Part shown: positions 1 through 13,175 of the stretch, piece by piece
Position numbering within the stretch: position 1 is the first letter of the stretch
Layout of the letters: each line of letters begins with the position of its first letter
Assembly (NCBI RefSeq): GCF_001194135.2
Contig: NC_068981.1
Coordinates: 113,461,238 to 113,525,237, forward strand
DNA: 64,000 bases
Direction of reading: 5' to 3'
Origin: Octopus bimaculoides
Taxonomy: Eukaryota
Translations under genes and position numbers: made by a program
The notes under the pieces: model-generated
Told to the model about the DNA's origin: nothing
The model's database searches: none
The model's input: only the letters and a program-made list of their open reading frames with translations

Positions 1-935
1 GTCATAAAACTGTCCTACAGTTTCATCAGAATGGGACATTGTTGGTGCATAAATACTGACAACGGCAAGAAACCTACCATTTGTCAGTTTGATACGGCAT
101 GACATGATCTCGTCAGATATACCACTTGGAAGCTCTGCAATGGAGGATACTAATGTATTCTTGAGAGCAAACCCAACACCAGATTCTCTACGCTGACCCT
201 TAGGTAGGCCTTTCCAGAAGATAGTATATCCATAAGTAGTTTCAATTACTTGACCCTCACCAGAGAGACGAGTTTCAGAGAGCGCAACTATATCAAGGGA
301 ATATTTCTTTAGCTCACATACAATAAGTGCAGTAGGCCTTTCTGGCCTCTTGTTGAAATTATCATCAAGAAGTGTGTGCACATTCCAACAGCCAAAATTC
401 AAACGATGTTTATTTTTACTTTTTCTTGAGAACTGTTTGACCACAGTGGCAGGATGACGACCGGGTCCAGCCTGTGATACACTGGGACACCTGCCGGGCC
501 AGACCTGTTCCCTTGATGTTCCCAAGCCTTTTTTGCCATTTACTGAATTTGTTTCAGACATTTTAAAATAAGTTACAAGTGCATTTTTAAGTTTCTGCCA
601 ACCAACCAATTGAATGATTTTACAAAGATTTGGAGTACTGGAAGTACCTGTGTAGATGAATAATTTTTAGTGGGTGTAGCTTGCACTGCACTACCCCCAC
701 TTATTAGCCCAAGAAGACTTTCACCGGTGTGACAAGAGAATTGACAAAACCAGGAACTTCCAAGGCCTCAGGTTTTGTTTCGAAGATTTCCTTCTCCTAG
801 GTAGATTACCAACCAAAGTTAAAGAGCTTCTACCTGCCCATGAGGGACATTCCGGACACCTAACCGACACTCAGACACTCTATAAAGTGATCAAATATCA
901 CTTTAGTGACCGATGCGGAGCTGCTCATTCATGAA
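1..935 (-). mobile_element. RTE-clade LINE, 5' UTR and start of APE endonuclease (continues beyond window)
   Basis: The reverse complement aligns by eye to 48812-49750, including the LNFGCWNV-like endonuclease start and the same 5' boundary. Confidence 0.85.
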
Positions 936-1253
936 AAAAAAAACATATTTACAGACACTTATACATATATATATACGTATTTACTGACATTTTGTTGGAT
1001 GGTTGTTGACTGTTCAGGAGTTCATCCGCCCTTTGTCAGGTCTTATTTTTCGTCCTGCAGGGTGTCCAACAACACCCTCCTCACCAAGCAAGCCTGGTTG
1101 TATTGGATTACATGTTACCGGTAGCACTCAAGAGCGACCTGACATAATATATATATATGCACACATATATATATATATATACACATATATGCACACATAT
1201 ATATATATATACACATACATACACACATATATATATATATATATACACATATA

Positions 1254-1307
<54 letters not shown>

Positions 1308-1751
1308 NNNNNNNNNNNNNNNNNNNNNNNNNNNNNNNNNNNNNNNNNNNNNNNNNNNNNNNNNNNNNNNNNNNNNNNNNNNNNNNNNNNNNNNNNNNNN
1401 NNNNNNNNNNNNNNNNNNNNNNNNNNNNNNNNNNNNNNNNNNNNNNNNNNNNNNNNNNNNNNNNNNNNNNNNNNNNNNNNNNNNNNNNNNNNNNNNNNNN
1501 NNNNNNNNNNNNNNNNNNNNNNNNNNNNNNNNNNNNNNNNNNNNNNNNNNNNNNNNNNNNNNNNNNNNNNNNNNNNNNNNNNNNNNNNNNNNNNNNNNNN
1601 NNNNNNNNNNNNNNNNNNNNNNNNNNNNNNNNNNNNNNNNNNNNNNNNNNNNNNNNNNNNNNNNNNNNNNNNNNNNNNNNNNNNNNNNNNNNNNNNNNNN
1701 NNNNNNNNNNNNNNNNNNNNNNNNNNNNNNNNNNNNNNNNNNNNNNNNNNN

Positions 1752-2040
1752 NCAGGGATTAGCAATTGAGTTGCTTCTCCAACATACTGAAAATTTAGAA
1801 ATAGCAGTCAAAGAACTATTGATTCTAAACTACAAATTTTTCTCTAAAACGGATGGCGATATTTATGGCACACATAGAACAAAAAGCCGGAGGGAAAAGC
1901 GTAAACAAAACAAGTCTTTAGTTAATTGGATACGAATCGTTTCATGGTTAAGTGAATGAAAATTTCACTATTCCAATCTTCAGCCCAAATATTCTGATAA
2001 ATTTGAAAGTGTCTCTAAAAAAATTTCACGGTAATTTTTG
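1752..2040 (-). repeat. Short HHR-bearing repeat, same family as the units at 26110-26373 and 26970-27234
   Basis: Shared segment gagttgcttc...catactgaaaatttagaaatagcagtcaaagaacta...gatggcgatatttatggcac. Confidence 0.75.
1926..1988 (-). ncRNA. Type I hammerhead ribozyme motif
   Basis: TTGGG-CTGAAGA-TTGG..AGTGAA/TTCACT..CCAT-GAAA-CGATTCG-TA|TCCAA. Core boxes intact, GTA cleavage triplet, T-T mismatch at the base of stem II. Confidence 0.7.
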
Positions 2041-2539
2041 GCCATGCGACACCAAAAATCAACGATAAGAAAGGCACTTACGAATTCATCGGCTAGTGAG
2101 TTCAGGCGGTACTGCACTCTGTTGCTCACGGTCCCGCACTAAATGACAGAAACAAATAAAAGAGATGTGACAAACTGGGGATCTGAAGTGAATACTAGGC
2201 AGGAGATGGAAAAGAAATATTGGTCAAATAGAAAAAGGATGGGCGATAAAAAATTGGATAGTCTTTTGGTACCGAAAAGTGAAGGAAGAAAAGCAAACTG
2301 AGTGGAATAGAGAAGGTTGGGGAAGAGCAGGTAGGAAGGGAGAGGGCGTGTGAAGAAAGAAGAGAATAATGATAGATAGTAGGCAGTTGACAGAGATGGA
2401 CTCGATCTTTCTAGCGTCAGCGCTGGACGATAGCTGACGGTCGACGAACGAACGCTGACAAAAGCAACGATGGAACGCTGATGTGACAGCCGGGAATTCC
2501 ATAGACCCTCCGCATAGCCAACGCGACCTCACCCCACTA

Positions 2540-2960
2540 TCGCCAAACACAATCCCACCCCATATAGCAAACGCGAATTACACGAAGTCGATGCGACCCC
2601 ACCCCATACAGTTGACGCGAAGCTCTGCATAGCTGACACGACTTCATGGCGTCCCAAACTCCACGTCTCAGAGTCACAAACCAACCCGCTGCGACGTGAT
2701 CCAATTGCGTACGGCGGAATCCGCCAGGCCAGCTCGTAGCATCAAAGGAAGACAACACACTCTGCACCCTACAGATAAGGAGTACAGTTCGGTATATAAC
2801 ACACAAGCAGGATCACCCAAAACATTAACAGAATAAACCAGGAATAGTAATATATCTCCGGTCGGCTTCAAGCGCGGAAAAGGTACCCCAATGAACGGAT
2901 GCAACAACCGATGACCGAAGCTCCCAATACATCTTGGTCGTATCGTCCCGGATCCAGTTG
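2540..2960 (-). mobile_element. Degenerate LINE APE-endonuclease fragment
   Basis: ORF 2537-2806 contains TSWPGGFRRTQLDHV...GSHRL, resembling the APE C-terminal motifs TW......R.QLDH...SDH. Confidence 0.45.
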
Positions 2961-3000
2961 GGTCCCCAACCGTAAACGGTCCCGCTATGGGAGATTGGGA

Positions 3001-3090
3001 CACTTTTTCATTCGACTAAAAACCTTACAAGGCGTATTCCAGCATGGCCGCAATAAAATGACTGAAACAAATAAAAGAATAAAAGTGTAA
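3001..3090 (+). mobile_element. SINE 3' tail fragment
   Basis: cagcatggccgca..aaatgactgaaacaaataaaagaataaaag is the reverse complement of sequence at 4135 and 61120. Confidence 0.6.
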
Positions 3091-4134
3091 AAGAATATAT
3101 GCACACACGACAGTGGGAGACAGACAGACTGACAGGCGAGTTAAAAAAATTGCACAGGAGGGTGACAAAGAAGCAATGGGTAAAAAATCACATAGAAGTG
3201 GTTTTGGCGGTGGCAGCGGGATAAGATGTGTGCTTTGGCGCTGGCTGGTGCTGCTTGTTCGAATTGTGCATCTTGCCCCAGGGAAATGAGTGAAATTGCA
3301 GTTACTGCGTATGCATAGTGTCTGGCATATTTTTGGGGTTCATGTGTTCATAAATTTGACTTTATTTACTGTTGGCAGATTCATCAAGGAGTTGTGAGGT
3401 ATGCATTCAGATTGATTTGGACAGTGGGGAAGGTCAGCAGGAGAAACAACTCCATATCGGCATGTACATCTTGGAGGAAGATAAAATTTAGGCCTATACT
3501 AAAGCGGACTTTTTTGGCATCCGTGAGAGGTAGATTTCAGGGGATGGTATGAGCCACGGGATGTTGTGTGTGTGGTGCGAGAGATGTGGGACGTATGCAG
3601 ATGAGTAGGCAAGTTTTACTAAAGTTTACTGTTGAAGTGCCATGTTTGAACATATGATGAATAAAGTTGCGTGGAAGAAACTCTTGCAGTCTCATTTTCA
3701 AGAATTGAATTTACTTGGTTGAATTCGTATTTCATAAAAAAGATTACGAACATTGAAAATGACATCTTCAAACCAGCAGGCTAAAATCTATATCTATTTT
3801 CTTTCTGTCATCCAAAGTATACGAAAATAATATACCTTTTAACCTGGCCAGAAGAATCTGCACAGTTGTACCCAATTCCGAAACTCAAGAAAATCAACTT
3901 AAGAATATAAAAAGTATTACTTGAAAGACAATACCCAATCAATTTAATCAATAACTAACGACATTCGAATGAAAAAGATATTCAAAACACAAAATAATTA
4001 AAAGTAAAAGACAGCCTAAATCTTACTTACTAGCGCCGAATGACCCACCAAATATACAACCCCAAAAGTGAAACAAAAGTGTAACAGTCCTAATTGCGGA
4101 ATATATACGAACCTCATAGAAGGCTCGACACATT

Positions 4135-4275
4135 CTTTTATTCTTTTACTTGTTTCAGTTATTTGACTGCGGCCATGCTAGAGCACCGCCTTTAGTCGAA
4201 CAAATCGACCCTAGGACTTATTCTTTGTAAGCCTAGTACTTATTCTGCCAGTCCCTTTTACCGAACTGCTTTAAA
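4135..4275 (-). mobile_element. SINE 3' portion
   Basis: Near-identical by eye to 61120-61260 (tttgactgcggccatgct.gagcaccgcctttagtcgaacaaatcga). Confidence 0.7.
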
Positions 4276-5682
4276 TCAGGACAAACATCACTATAAAAAA
4301 CTATTTCACCTGTGCAACAAGAAATTTAATTTATGTAAACAAATACTGTGGATGTGATGAAAACTAGAGGTGACAAAGAACAAAATGACGATATGAGATC
4401 CAAGGACCAGCGAAATATCTTTTCCTAACGAACATCCCAGATACCAAACTTTTTCTCTATATCAATGCATAGGGAGCACCACAGTCTAATTCCGATTAAA
4501 TAAGGAAAATATATTTATAAAGCAAAACTAAATACTCTATAACAACACTATAGAATAAGAAAACAGTTTATCTGCCCACTTAAAAACAACTAGAAAAGTC
4601 ATAATAAATAATGAAGGCAAATTAAAAGTTGCTGTAATGGCTTTGAAACCCTAAATTCAAATCACTGTTTTACTCATTACACATTTTTACACTGCTTACT
4701 GACATCAGCATAGAATTGACCAGCTAGAGCACTGGACTGCTGTTGGGCAAAAGTAAGTGATCAAAACAGTTGCTAAAAAAGCGACGTTCATAGGCAGGAC
4801 GCTGGGCTATTACCAAACCAGAATAAATGACCAGAACATTAAAAGCATGTGTCGTATTTGAGTAAATAACCATTCAGGATTTGAACGTACGTCTTAAAAA
4901 CCTATGTATACGAAACAATGTCAGCTTCAAACAGTTCAAGCTTCCATTAGTAAAGCAAACGACGAACAGTTCTTCTTATATCACAATAGAACTTGTAAGA
5001 AACCGTTTTTCTTATTTTTTAAGTCTTCATTGTATCTAATTGCTAATATAACTGATTGCTTTGAAACCTATTGAACTCTTTGTCATCTATTATTTTTAGG
5101 AAATTTATCGTACAATTAAACTTTATAATTTCCCATTGCTGTGAAATTTATTGAATACTTGAATTTTCATGAACATTTGACGTTTTGTACATGTTTTATC
5201 ACTATAGAACTTTCTTTTGTGCTTTCACTTACATTTTTATTTACCTTTGAAAAAAATTCTTGAAATCGGTTTGGATTTTAATAAACTTGCAAAAAAAAAA
5301 AAAGAATTAAAACTACTATTTGTATTAAGATCTAGGTGCATTTTCTATCCTCGAAACGAATTCTGTGTGTATGCTCACACATGCATGCACACATACATAC
5401 GTATATACATGTATACATGCGTACATACATGCACATTGCGGTTGTATTTAGCTTCTTTAAAGTTAGTTTTGAAAGTATTTTTTTTTTTAAATTGAGAAAC
5501 TCATGTCTTTATATTCAAATTAAAACTACTTGAGCAACATAGAGTGAATTATCTGAGAGATAAACATCTTGGTCGGATGCATAACTCTGGTTGTTGTAGT
5601 ATACAAAGTGTTAACTTTCCACTATGAAAATAAACGTGAAACAGAATAATACGATAAATTTCTGAAGATACGGAATATTTAC

Positions 5683-5902
5683 CATTTTCATCTCCTAACA
5701 CCCATTTCTCATCGTCATCAAAATGTACATTTCCACTCAATAAGTCAGTAATATTATTTGGGAAGAAAGCATGCGCAAGGGTGTTGCCTGGGCCGTCGAA
5801 TGGAACACCATCATTATGGTCTCCAATACAAAACTCAACTTCAATGTCTGCTGTTCCTTCATAAATTCTTGTGAAACGTAACATGCTCGCACGACTCCAT
5901 AT
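5683..5902 (-). CDS. MMP catalytic-domain exon: IWSRASMLRFTRIYEGTADIEVEFCIGDHNDGVPFDGPGNTLAHAFFPNNITDLLSGNVHFDDDEKWVLGDEN(G)
   Basis: Structural Zn/Ca motifs H.D..PFDGPG..LAHAF.P and HFDDDE.W (ORF 5549-5884). Acceptor ttgacag, donor G|gtaaat, 220 nt, phase 0 to 1; joins the previous exon as AFQ|IWS. Confidence 0.95.
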
Positions 5903-6699
5903 CTGTCAATTAAACCAGAATATATAAGTTTTCTTTTGATTGAATCAGGTTTCAGCATGTACAAATACACATATTTACTGTTGAAACAGGGCCAAATTCT
6001 GTTTTAAAAACAATAGCCAAAATAAAACATTTGAGGGTTTTTGTATAAGTTATTACATAAAAGTGACAAAGATGTCAGCAGCAGAATAATTTCTGTAGCT
6101 GACAATACGGACGGTTATTACAGTAGTCTATAATAATTTTTCCTTTTCTTTTTTTTTTTTCGTGCTCTTTTTTCTAAACAAATATTTATTTCCTAAATAC
6201 CACAGATCAGAAAAGAAAAATTACACATTTTTGTATTTTAAGAGATTTACCGTTTCAAGTTGCTCTTTCCACATTAAAGTAGTATCTGCAAGACTTTTTA
6301 TAGAAGAAAGATTAATTTCTTAGCAAGCCTATATGCTAAAAATGACCTGGTTGTATACACACAAAATCTACACATAGAATAGTATAATGCAAGAACACAT
6401 TTTCCGTATGAACTCCCTAAAAGGAAGTATTTCGCCTAAATTCTTGAGTAACCTACAAACTTTGAAAAGTTATAGGAGTAAGAGAACAATTTAGAATGCA
6501 TAATTTTTCAGTCAATTTTTTCGCAGATTAGGTAGTATATTAACATAGACATGTGCTTCCTTATTTATTTCAGTATTAGTTTGCGGTAGCTTGAGGTACT
6601 TAGGCCCAACGTAAGTTTTATACTGTATTTCTAGGTTGTCTGTCATTATTTAGTTAAATTTGTAATCTAATGCAGCTGGTACTAATGGGTGTAGGAATA

Positions 6700-7945
6700 C
6701 AAGAACAACACGGATATTTATAGTTACACTTTTTCCTTTGCAACTGCAGATTTTGTCAGAAGAGCGTATTTCACATATTTTATAAAGAAATTAGGCAATC
6801 AAGGCAAACCAAAAGCCTCTCATTTACTCTGTTGAATTTGTGTGGTAAATCTAAGTCGATAAACCAGAGATAAAACAAGGATAATGAACTTAAGTCTGAA
6901 GAAAATCGACACATCATAGTAAAGATTGCTATTTTTGTATGAATGATATTTCTGGACAGTTACACGACCAAATCGAAGATAGATTACCCAAACTTGCTCT
7001 CAACCGAAAGACCTGTATTTTATTGTGCCAAAGTGCCTGTTCTTGTATTAAGTTACAAATCAACAATGAACATGCGAAGAAAGCACTGAAGATGAAAATA
7101 CACCTAACCCCATCACCCAGTTTGAATTAAATAACTTAGTGCATGATTTTGAATATCGAAAGGCTTCAGCAAAATTATTGGAATCCAGGTTGAGTAAAAA
7201 TAACCTGTTATTTCCAGGAACATTTAGCTTTTCCTTGACATGCACGAGCAGAATTGTTAGTTTTTTTTTTTTTTGCAATGAGATATTAATTTGAATCAGA
7301 CAAAGGGTGGCTTTTCATTCACAGCTCAAAGGTTGTTTTAAGTAAGAGAAACGTCTTTGCTTCTGTACCAGGACTACTCGATACATATAAAACAAAGTTA
7401 TGAAATCATGAAGGTAGTACCGAGATCTCAAAGTGGTGAGTTGCATAGTGCCCTGCCAACAAAGCAGTTACACTAAATTTCCTTGATTTTTCTGGTGTGT
7501 GTTTGTGTGTGTGTGGGTAGGGGATGGAGGGGATAGTTGAGCTGGATGGCTGAAAAGAAAAGATTTTAATATTGAAAACCACAAAATTCTAAGCATCTAC
7601 CCAGTAAAACAAGAAAATATTTTATTCTCTGTTTTGAACCCCTTGGGAAAAAAATATCCTAAGGCAGCATCCACAGATGTGAAAAAAAACCTTTTTACAA
7701 CTTTTATGAATGCTACCCAGGGATTTAATAATCTAGGAGGTGATGTAAGTATTAAACTGCATTTCCTCCACAACCATTTAGACTACTTCCCTACAAATTT
7801 AAGGGTTGTAGGTGAAGGTCGAGGAGATTGTCTTCAACCAAGATATAAAACTACGAAAAAAGATACCAGGGACGGTGATACAAATATTATGGCAGGCTGT
7901 TGTTGCTGCCTAATAAGAAAACAAGGTAAAATCAATCATCTTCGA
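6700..7945 (+). mobile_element. Chapaev3-like (CMC superfamily) DNA transposase remnant
   Basis: QFELNNLVHDFEYRKASAKLLESRLSKNNLL near 7125-7210 and SIKLHFLHNHLDYFPTNL in ORF 7634-7948 match motifs recalled for this family; family call from memory. Confidence 0.6.
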
Positions 7946-7948
7946 TAA

Positions 7949-8150
7949 TACGAGGGTCAGCTGAAAAGTTCATAGGCTGACTCTCATGAAATGTGATCAA
8001 ATGAAGTTTATTTTTGAACATAGTTTCCCTTGCAGTCCACACACTTCTTCCATCAGTGCTTGGATCCCGTTGGTGAAGAAACTTTCATCCTGTTGGTCAA
8101 AAAAGCCATCAACTGCAGATATGTCGCCGTCTTCACTGTAACACTGTTCT
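7949..8150 (-). mobile_element. mariner-like element 3' end with TIR
   Basis: tacgagggtcagctgaaaagttc terminus; the minus strand encodes a WKKCVDCKGNYVQK mariner-like C-terminus. Confidence 0.55.
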
Positions 8151-10299
8151 ACTAATATGCACTTTTCTTTAGCACTATATCGCTAAAATATAAAAATGCA
8201 TCTCTGAAAAAGTTGATGTAATACACAAATTCTAAGAGCAGTTTTGAAATAAACACCCCCAACATCAGGGAAGATGAGTAGCTTTTATGAACAGAGGAAA
8301 CATGCAAACCAGTGATATCACAAATGTCTATAGTGTTGGTGTTTATCTGCAGTTTCTTAGCGTAAGCGGATAAAACTCATCAAAGTTAGGTAGCTTTTAC
8401 CACTAGAAGAATTGACTCAGTATTGCAAGGCACCAAGTTAGTTGTCAAATTATAGCATCCACTGCAGTTATTTTAAACTAAACAAGAAAATATTCTAACA
8501 AGGAACTCTATACAATTGCTCAATCTTAAGGAAAGACTTGTTGGATAATGTAGCGCTAGCTATGCTGTCAAAATAAAGATAGGCTGTGTGGTAAGTATAG
8601 TTGCAGGAGTGGCTGTATGGTAAGTCGCTTACCATAAAAAAACGGGAGATGGGCGGCGGACGTCACTGTGCCGCCGAACGACCCCGAGACCCCTCCGGTG
8701 GGAAGTGTGCCACCGGAGCGGGAGGCTCTGTCGCTTGACAACCGATGCTTGAGTGTCAGATGCAGTAAATTTCTAGGATAATTCCTTTTAGCACATAATT
8801 TTATTTCAATCATGATCGGACCTAATTGAATAGGTAATCGAACGAACTGCCGTGTATGATTTAATCACTTGACTCCATTCAATATTTAACTTTTATTTGT
8901 GTATCTATCCACATTCTTTCATGACTAATTTTGCCTTTTACCCCCACTGGACCGATAAAATAAGAAATTTTGTCGATACACCCTTTTCCTAAAAATCCTC
9001 AATTTGCCCTCGTAAAATAGACGGTAATTTATCCAGTTTTCGAGTAGGAGAAAAATATTAATTAGAATTCAATTGTTTCTCGTTACTTTTAAGTAAAAAG
9101 AAAAACAAAAAACTGAAAAGGACTAATGAATATTTTTATCTGCATATTAGTAACCTAGTTAGAAAAGGGTTAATTTAACATGATGAAAAACAGCCAATCT
9201 TAATTTATTTATATTATGTTAGCCTGAACATATTTCTCTCCCATCTTGATCGATGATTACTGTTCATATGATCCGTGGAGATCAGATTACTTACTTCCAG
9301 ACACAATCTACTATTTCATTTGGGACCATGCTACAGATTGTTTTGGCACGCTGTTTGACAGGGAAAGTAGGCTGAATTATATATATAATTTCCGAACTAT
9401 GTAAAGTAATAATAATTCAAATATTTTGGGACTGTTACATTTTGTAATTTTATATTTTAGACGATCGATCTTCAATCATCTTCCGATCATATTCCAACAT
9501 ATGTATTTAGTAAACTGACTTTAAACTCAGATCTTTTATTTCCAATCCACATATTAAAATCCAAGGGAGAATGCAAATAGGAATAAAGGTGCACCTGGAC
9601 GTATCAGTTATCGAATCAACTGACATTTTGTACAAAACATAGAGAAAGCCATCAAAGTTGAAGTCTACAATTTGGAGAGGTTATATTGTTAAGGTTGGTA
9701 AAATTTAATCTATTGCTTAGTCTGTCTTTTTCAGCACGAAGTGGTTGTCGCTAAAATACAGCTTCTTTACTACTGGTGCAATCCCCTCAAATGCCGCGTT
9801 GTTGGAAGATAATAAACTAAATTATACAATTTGTGTTGATAAAGCCAATAGTTCTTGTTGTTTAGTTTGTACCGACCTTCGTTGAAAAGCAAGCTGATGA
9901 TATGTTCTTCCGGAGACTGAAACATGAGATGCTGTTTAACAAATTGTCTGTAGTTTGTTGAATGAGATTAGACTAACTATATTACACGCAGTTAGTCTAA
10001 TGTAGTAAATCTAACTGCATTAAACTAACTTTACACGAGAGACTGTAGAAACTCCTTTATCATGTATTTTTGAACGATTTTTATTTACTAGTATTACGAG
10101 TACCATTTGAGAAATTGTTCTGTATAGTTACCTCACTTTATGTGCTATAACTACACTCGGTGGCGATTACGGACTTTCATGTCAAAGCGGAAAGAATCAT
10201 GATCTTTGGAAAAATACAGCTGTTGTTTCATGTTGTCTTCTGCCGTTTATTTGCAGTATATTCTTCCGAGATTACCCTTGAAGCACAGGGATCTGATTC

Positions 10300-12240
10300 A
10301 TGTAACATCAAAGTATGTTCACACACCAATGGGTCTGTGTGATATATTTCTAAGAATCAGCCCTCCTCAGAGTCCTGTATGTCTTAGCTATAAGACCATC
10401 TCCTGTTTGACTCGTAACTGGAGCCTTAGACAAAGTACTATCACCTAAGTAAGAGAGTATGTGAGAGCAGTGGTGACAAGCAGGCAACACTATACTCCTA
10501 AATTCCCAAGCTAAATTTTCCATTTTGTAATCATAATTCAATAATGTAGTTCCCCCATTGCTGTAGTCTATTCGCTGTGTGTATTGACGTTCCTTTTTTT
10601 AGAACCGTATATTGAGAATAGTGGGCGATGATCCGTTTGAAGACAGAAACTTCTTCCATGAATAAATCTATGGAATTTTTTCACACCGAATATGATTATT
10701 CACGTTTCTTTTCAATTTGGCAGTTCCTTTCAGCTGGTAATAATGATCGTGAGGCATGTGCTATTGCCTTTTCGCTCTCATCGTCATATTTGTACAGAAG
10801 CACTGCTCCAACACCGCAATCACTCGCATCTGTAGCAAATATGATATCCAACTTTGGATCAAAATGCGTTAACGATAAGTTCGATGTTAAAATGTTTTTT
10901 TTAATTTGTCAAATGCCTTCCGGTACTTATCAGTCCAGCACCGTTTTGCTGTTTTCTTTAACAAATCATTTAGCGGGGCCCTTATATTGTGTATATTGGG
11001 AATGTAAATTTGGTAGTAATTTACTAAACCCAAGAATGCTTGTAGCATAGTCCCATTATTCGGCATGGGTATATTTTTTATCGCAGTTTTTCTGGATGGA
11101 TCCGTTTTCCGTCCGTTTTTATCCATTACCTGGCCCAAATATTTAATTTTTTTCAGAAAGAACTCGCATTTTTCTTCACTAAACTTAAAACCGTATTCTC
11201 TTATCTTTTCGAATACCCTCTTTACGTGTTCTACATGTTGTTCGTGTGATTCGCTTTTTATTAGGATATCATCTAAATAGGCGATAGCAAAATCACAGTC
11301 ACCCAGTATTGTATCCAGTATTTGCTGAAATATGGAAGGAGTCACTTTTACACCAAAGAGAGGCCGCTTAAATTTAAATAAGCCACGGTGTATCAATGTT
11401 AATAAGTGTGAGCATTCTTTTACTTGGATTTGTAAATATACCTCCGAGAAGAATTTTGAGAAGAATTTCCCTCCATCTAATTTAGTGAACACTTCCTCAG
11501 GGTTCGGAAATAGGTAGTAATGTGAGATTAAGCAATCATTCAACCCTGTTGAAAAATCTGCACAAACTCTTAACTTATTATCTTTTTTTATGTAGACCGT
11601 AGGTGCTGCCCAATCTGAATGGTTCATCTTCTCTATTATTCCCAAGCTTTCAAGTCTCCCAAGTTCCTTATTTACCTGTTCTAGTGCCGTGAACGGTACA
11701 TTCCGTTTTGGTTTAAATACAGGTGTTGCACTTTGTTTTACTACAAATTTTGCCTTCGTTTTTGTGCAGCAGCCCAGTTCATCCGAGAAAACATCTGGAA
11801 ATGTTTTATTTTTCGTTTCAATCCCTCAGCTGCATTCCAACCGACTATATTCCTTTGCCGTTTTCCTTTGGTCATGAAATGCCACATTACACACAAATTC
11901 ATCAACAAAATACAACCTTTTACCCGTAATACCATGTGCTACTTTTGTAGATTTACTGAATTTTGGCTTACCATGTTATTTCATTCACAATGGTAATATC
12001 AATTCCAGTATTTAATTGTATTTTTACTTTTATATCTTTAATCTTCACATTTACAAATTTCCTCTTTGTCACATTACCATTTTCTTTCGACGACACCGTG
12101 ATTTTTCTTTTTCTTTTTCTTTGTTCTAATGTTTTGTTCTTTTGGTTTTACAGTGCGCTTTTACATGTCCAATTTTCCACAACGGAAGCATTCCGCTATC
12201 TTAAATGGGCAGTTTTTTTTTCCCAGGTGTAGACATTCAC
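10300..12240 (-). mobile_element. Gypsy/Ty3 LTR retrotransposon pol remnant (RT, RNase H, flanking parts)
   Basis: ORF 10887-11645 has WAAPTV..KK..KLRVC.D, AYLDDILI, KYLG and FLGLVNYY; a DASDCGVGAVL RNase H motif follows. No LTR pair identified. Confidence 0.9.
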
Positions 12241-12359
12241 ATGCAAAACATGAATACGATTGCCTGTCATTACTCCTTATGTGTAAATGTACTATCTTTC
12301 ACTTACCTAAGAAATTAAGAAACGCTGGTGAAAGAGATAAATCCTAATGATGCAAACGA

Positions 12360-12475
12360 ATCTATTATTATCCTCGGTCATGGCGATGAAATAAGTACCA
12401 GTAGAGGGCTGGAGTTGATGTAATCGACTAGCCCCATCCATAAAAATATCATGTCTTGTGCCTATAGTAGAAAGG
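12360..12475 (+). mobile_element. Nin/Deu-domain SINE fragment
   Basis: gatgaaataagtaccagt...gatgtaatcgact resembles 37860-37910. Confidence 0.5.
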
Positions 12476-12677
12476 TTAATGCAGCTTCACTTCTCTTACA
12501 TCATTAATTGCCCCGAGCAAAACATTTGCGTAATATTTTACAAATCATTTCTCCCTTTGAATATAGTGATTTTCGCCCAAACAAATAAAATGAATAAATA
12601 AATGCTTAAGAATAATAAATAAAATAATACTAGAAGGCCAGACAATTTAATTACTTTTATATACCAAAACCACTTAC

Positions 12678-12778
12678 TTGGAATGCTTCTTCAATGGTGT
12701 CATCAACTTGCTGTTTAGTAAGATCTGATGTGTATGTTTTAATGTTGTATGTTAAGTTTGTATACAGCCACCTGGAAC
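12678..12778 (-). CDS. MMP exon, start of catalytic domain: (G)SRWLYTNLTYNIKTYTSDLTKQQVDDTIEEAFQ
   Basis: W...NLTY.I..YT.DL....V...I..AF pattern. Acceptor ttcttacctattaaag, donor CAA|gtaagt, 101 nt, phase 1 to 0. Confidence 0.93.
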
Positions 12779-13014
12779 CTTTAATAGGTAAGAAAGAAAA
12801 ATGAAACAATAAATCAATAGAAAGAATTATGACTATTCTGAAATGAAGTGGCGAAAGTGCAATTTGACTGAATTGGCAGGGAAAAGGCTATAAAAAGAAG
12901 AAATTAAAAGTGCTTGTTAAGCTAGATGTAAGCAATTACAACAAAAGCAATGTGATTGCAACAACGAGAGTAATAATGATTTCTAAGGTACTTGGCTAGA
13001 TACTTGGAGAAGGA

Positions 13015-13175
13015 GTTAGTTACTTAATCAGCCTCAGTACTGTATTGGTACTTTATTTCATCGCCCTTGGAAAGAAGAACGGCAAATTTGACAGGGGTAG
13101 AATTCGGACTCGGAACCTAAAGTAGCGAATTAAATACGGAAAGGAATTTATCCGACGCTCTAACGGTTATACCTA
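13015..13175 (-). mobile_element. Nin/Deu-domain SINE fragment
   Basis: The reverse complement has gagtccgaattc...ctttccaagggcgatgaaataaagtaccaatacagtactgagg. Confidence 0.45.

Noticed and set aside
1003-1959. Long ORFs spanning N runs or microsatellites (also 15140-15544, 23370-24522, 29194-29925, 35802-36390, 54265-55177)
   Set aside because: Artefacts of gaps and simple repeats; no protein signal.
1-5682. MMP exon with HExxHxxGxxH
   Set aside because: Searched by eye on the minus strand and not found; it may lie in a gap or beyond the window, so no pseudogene call is made.
6251-6285. 35-nt candidate mini-exon on the minus strand
   Set aside because: Same intron; not needed, no MMP motif.
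9295-9371. Possible minus-strand exon with a perfect GTAAGT donor (PTFPVKQRAKTICSMVPNEIVDCVW)
   Set aside because: It lies between MMP exons that already join seamlessly (AFQ|IWS), its phase 0-2 would break the frame, and it shows no homology.
9885-9935. CTGATGA...GAAACATGA hammerhead-like string
   Set aside because: No proper stem II and no NUH triplet in register.
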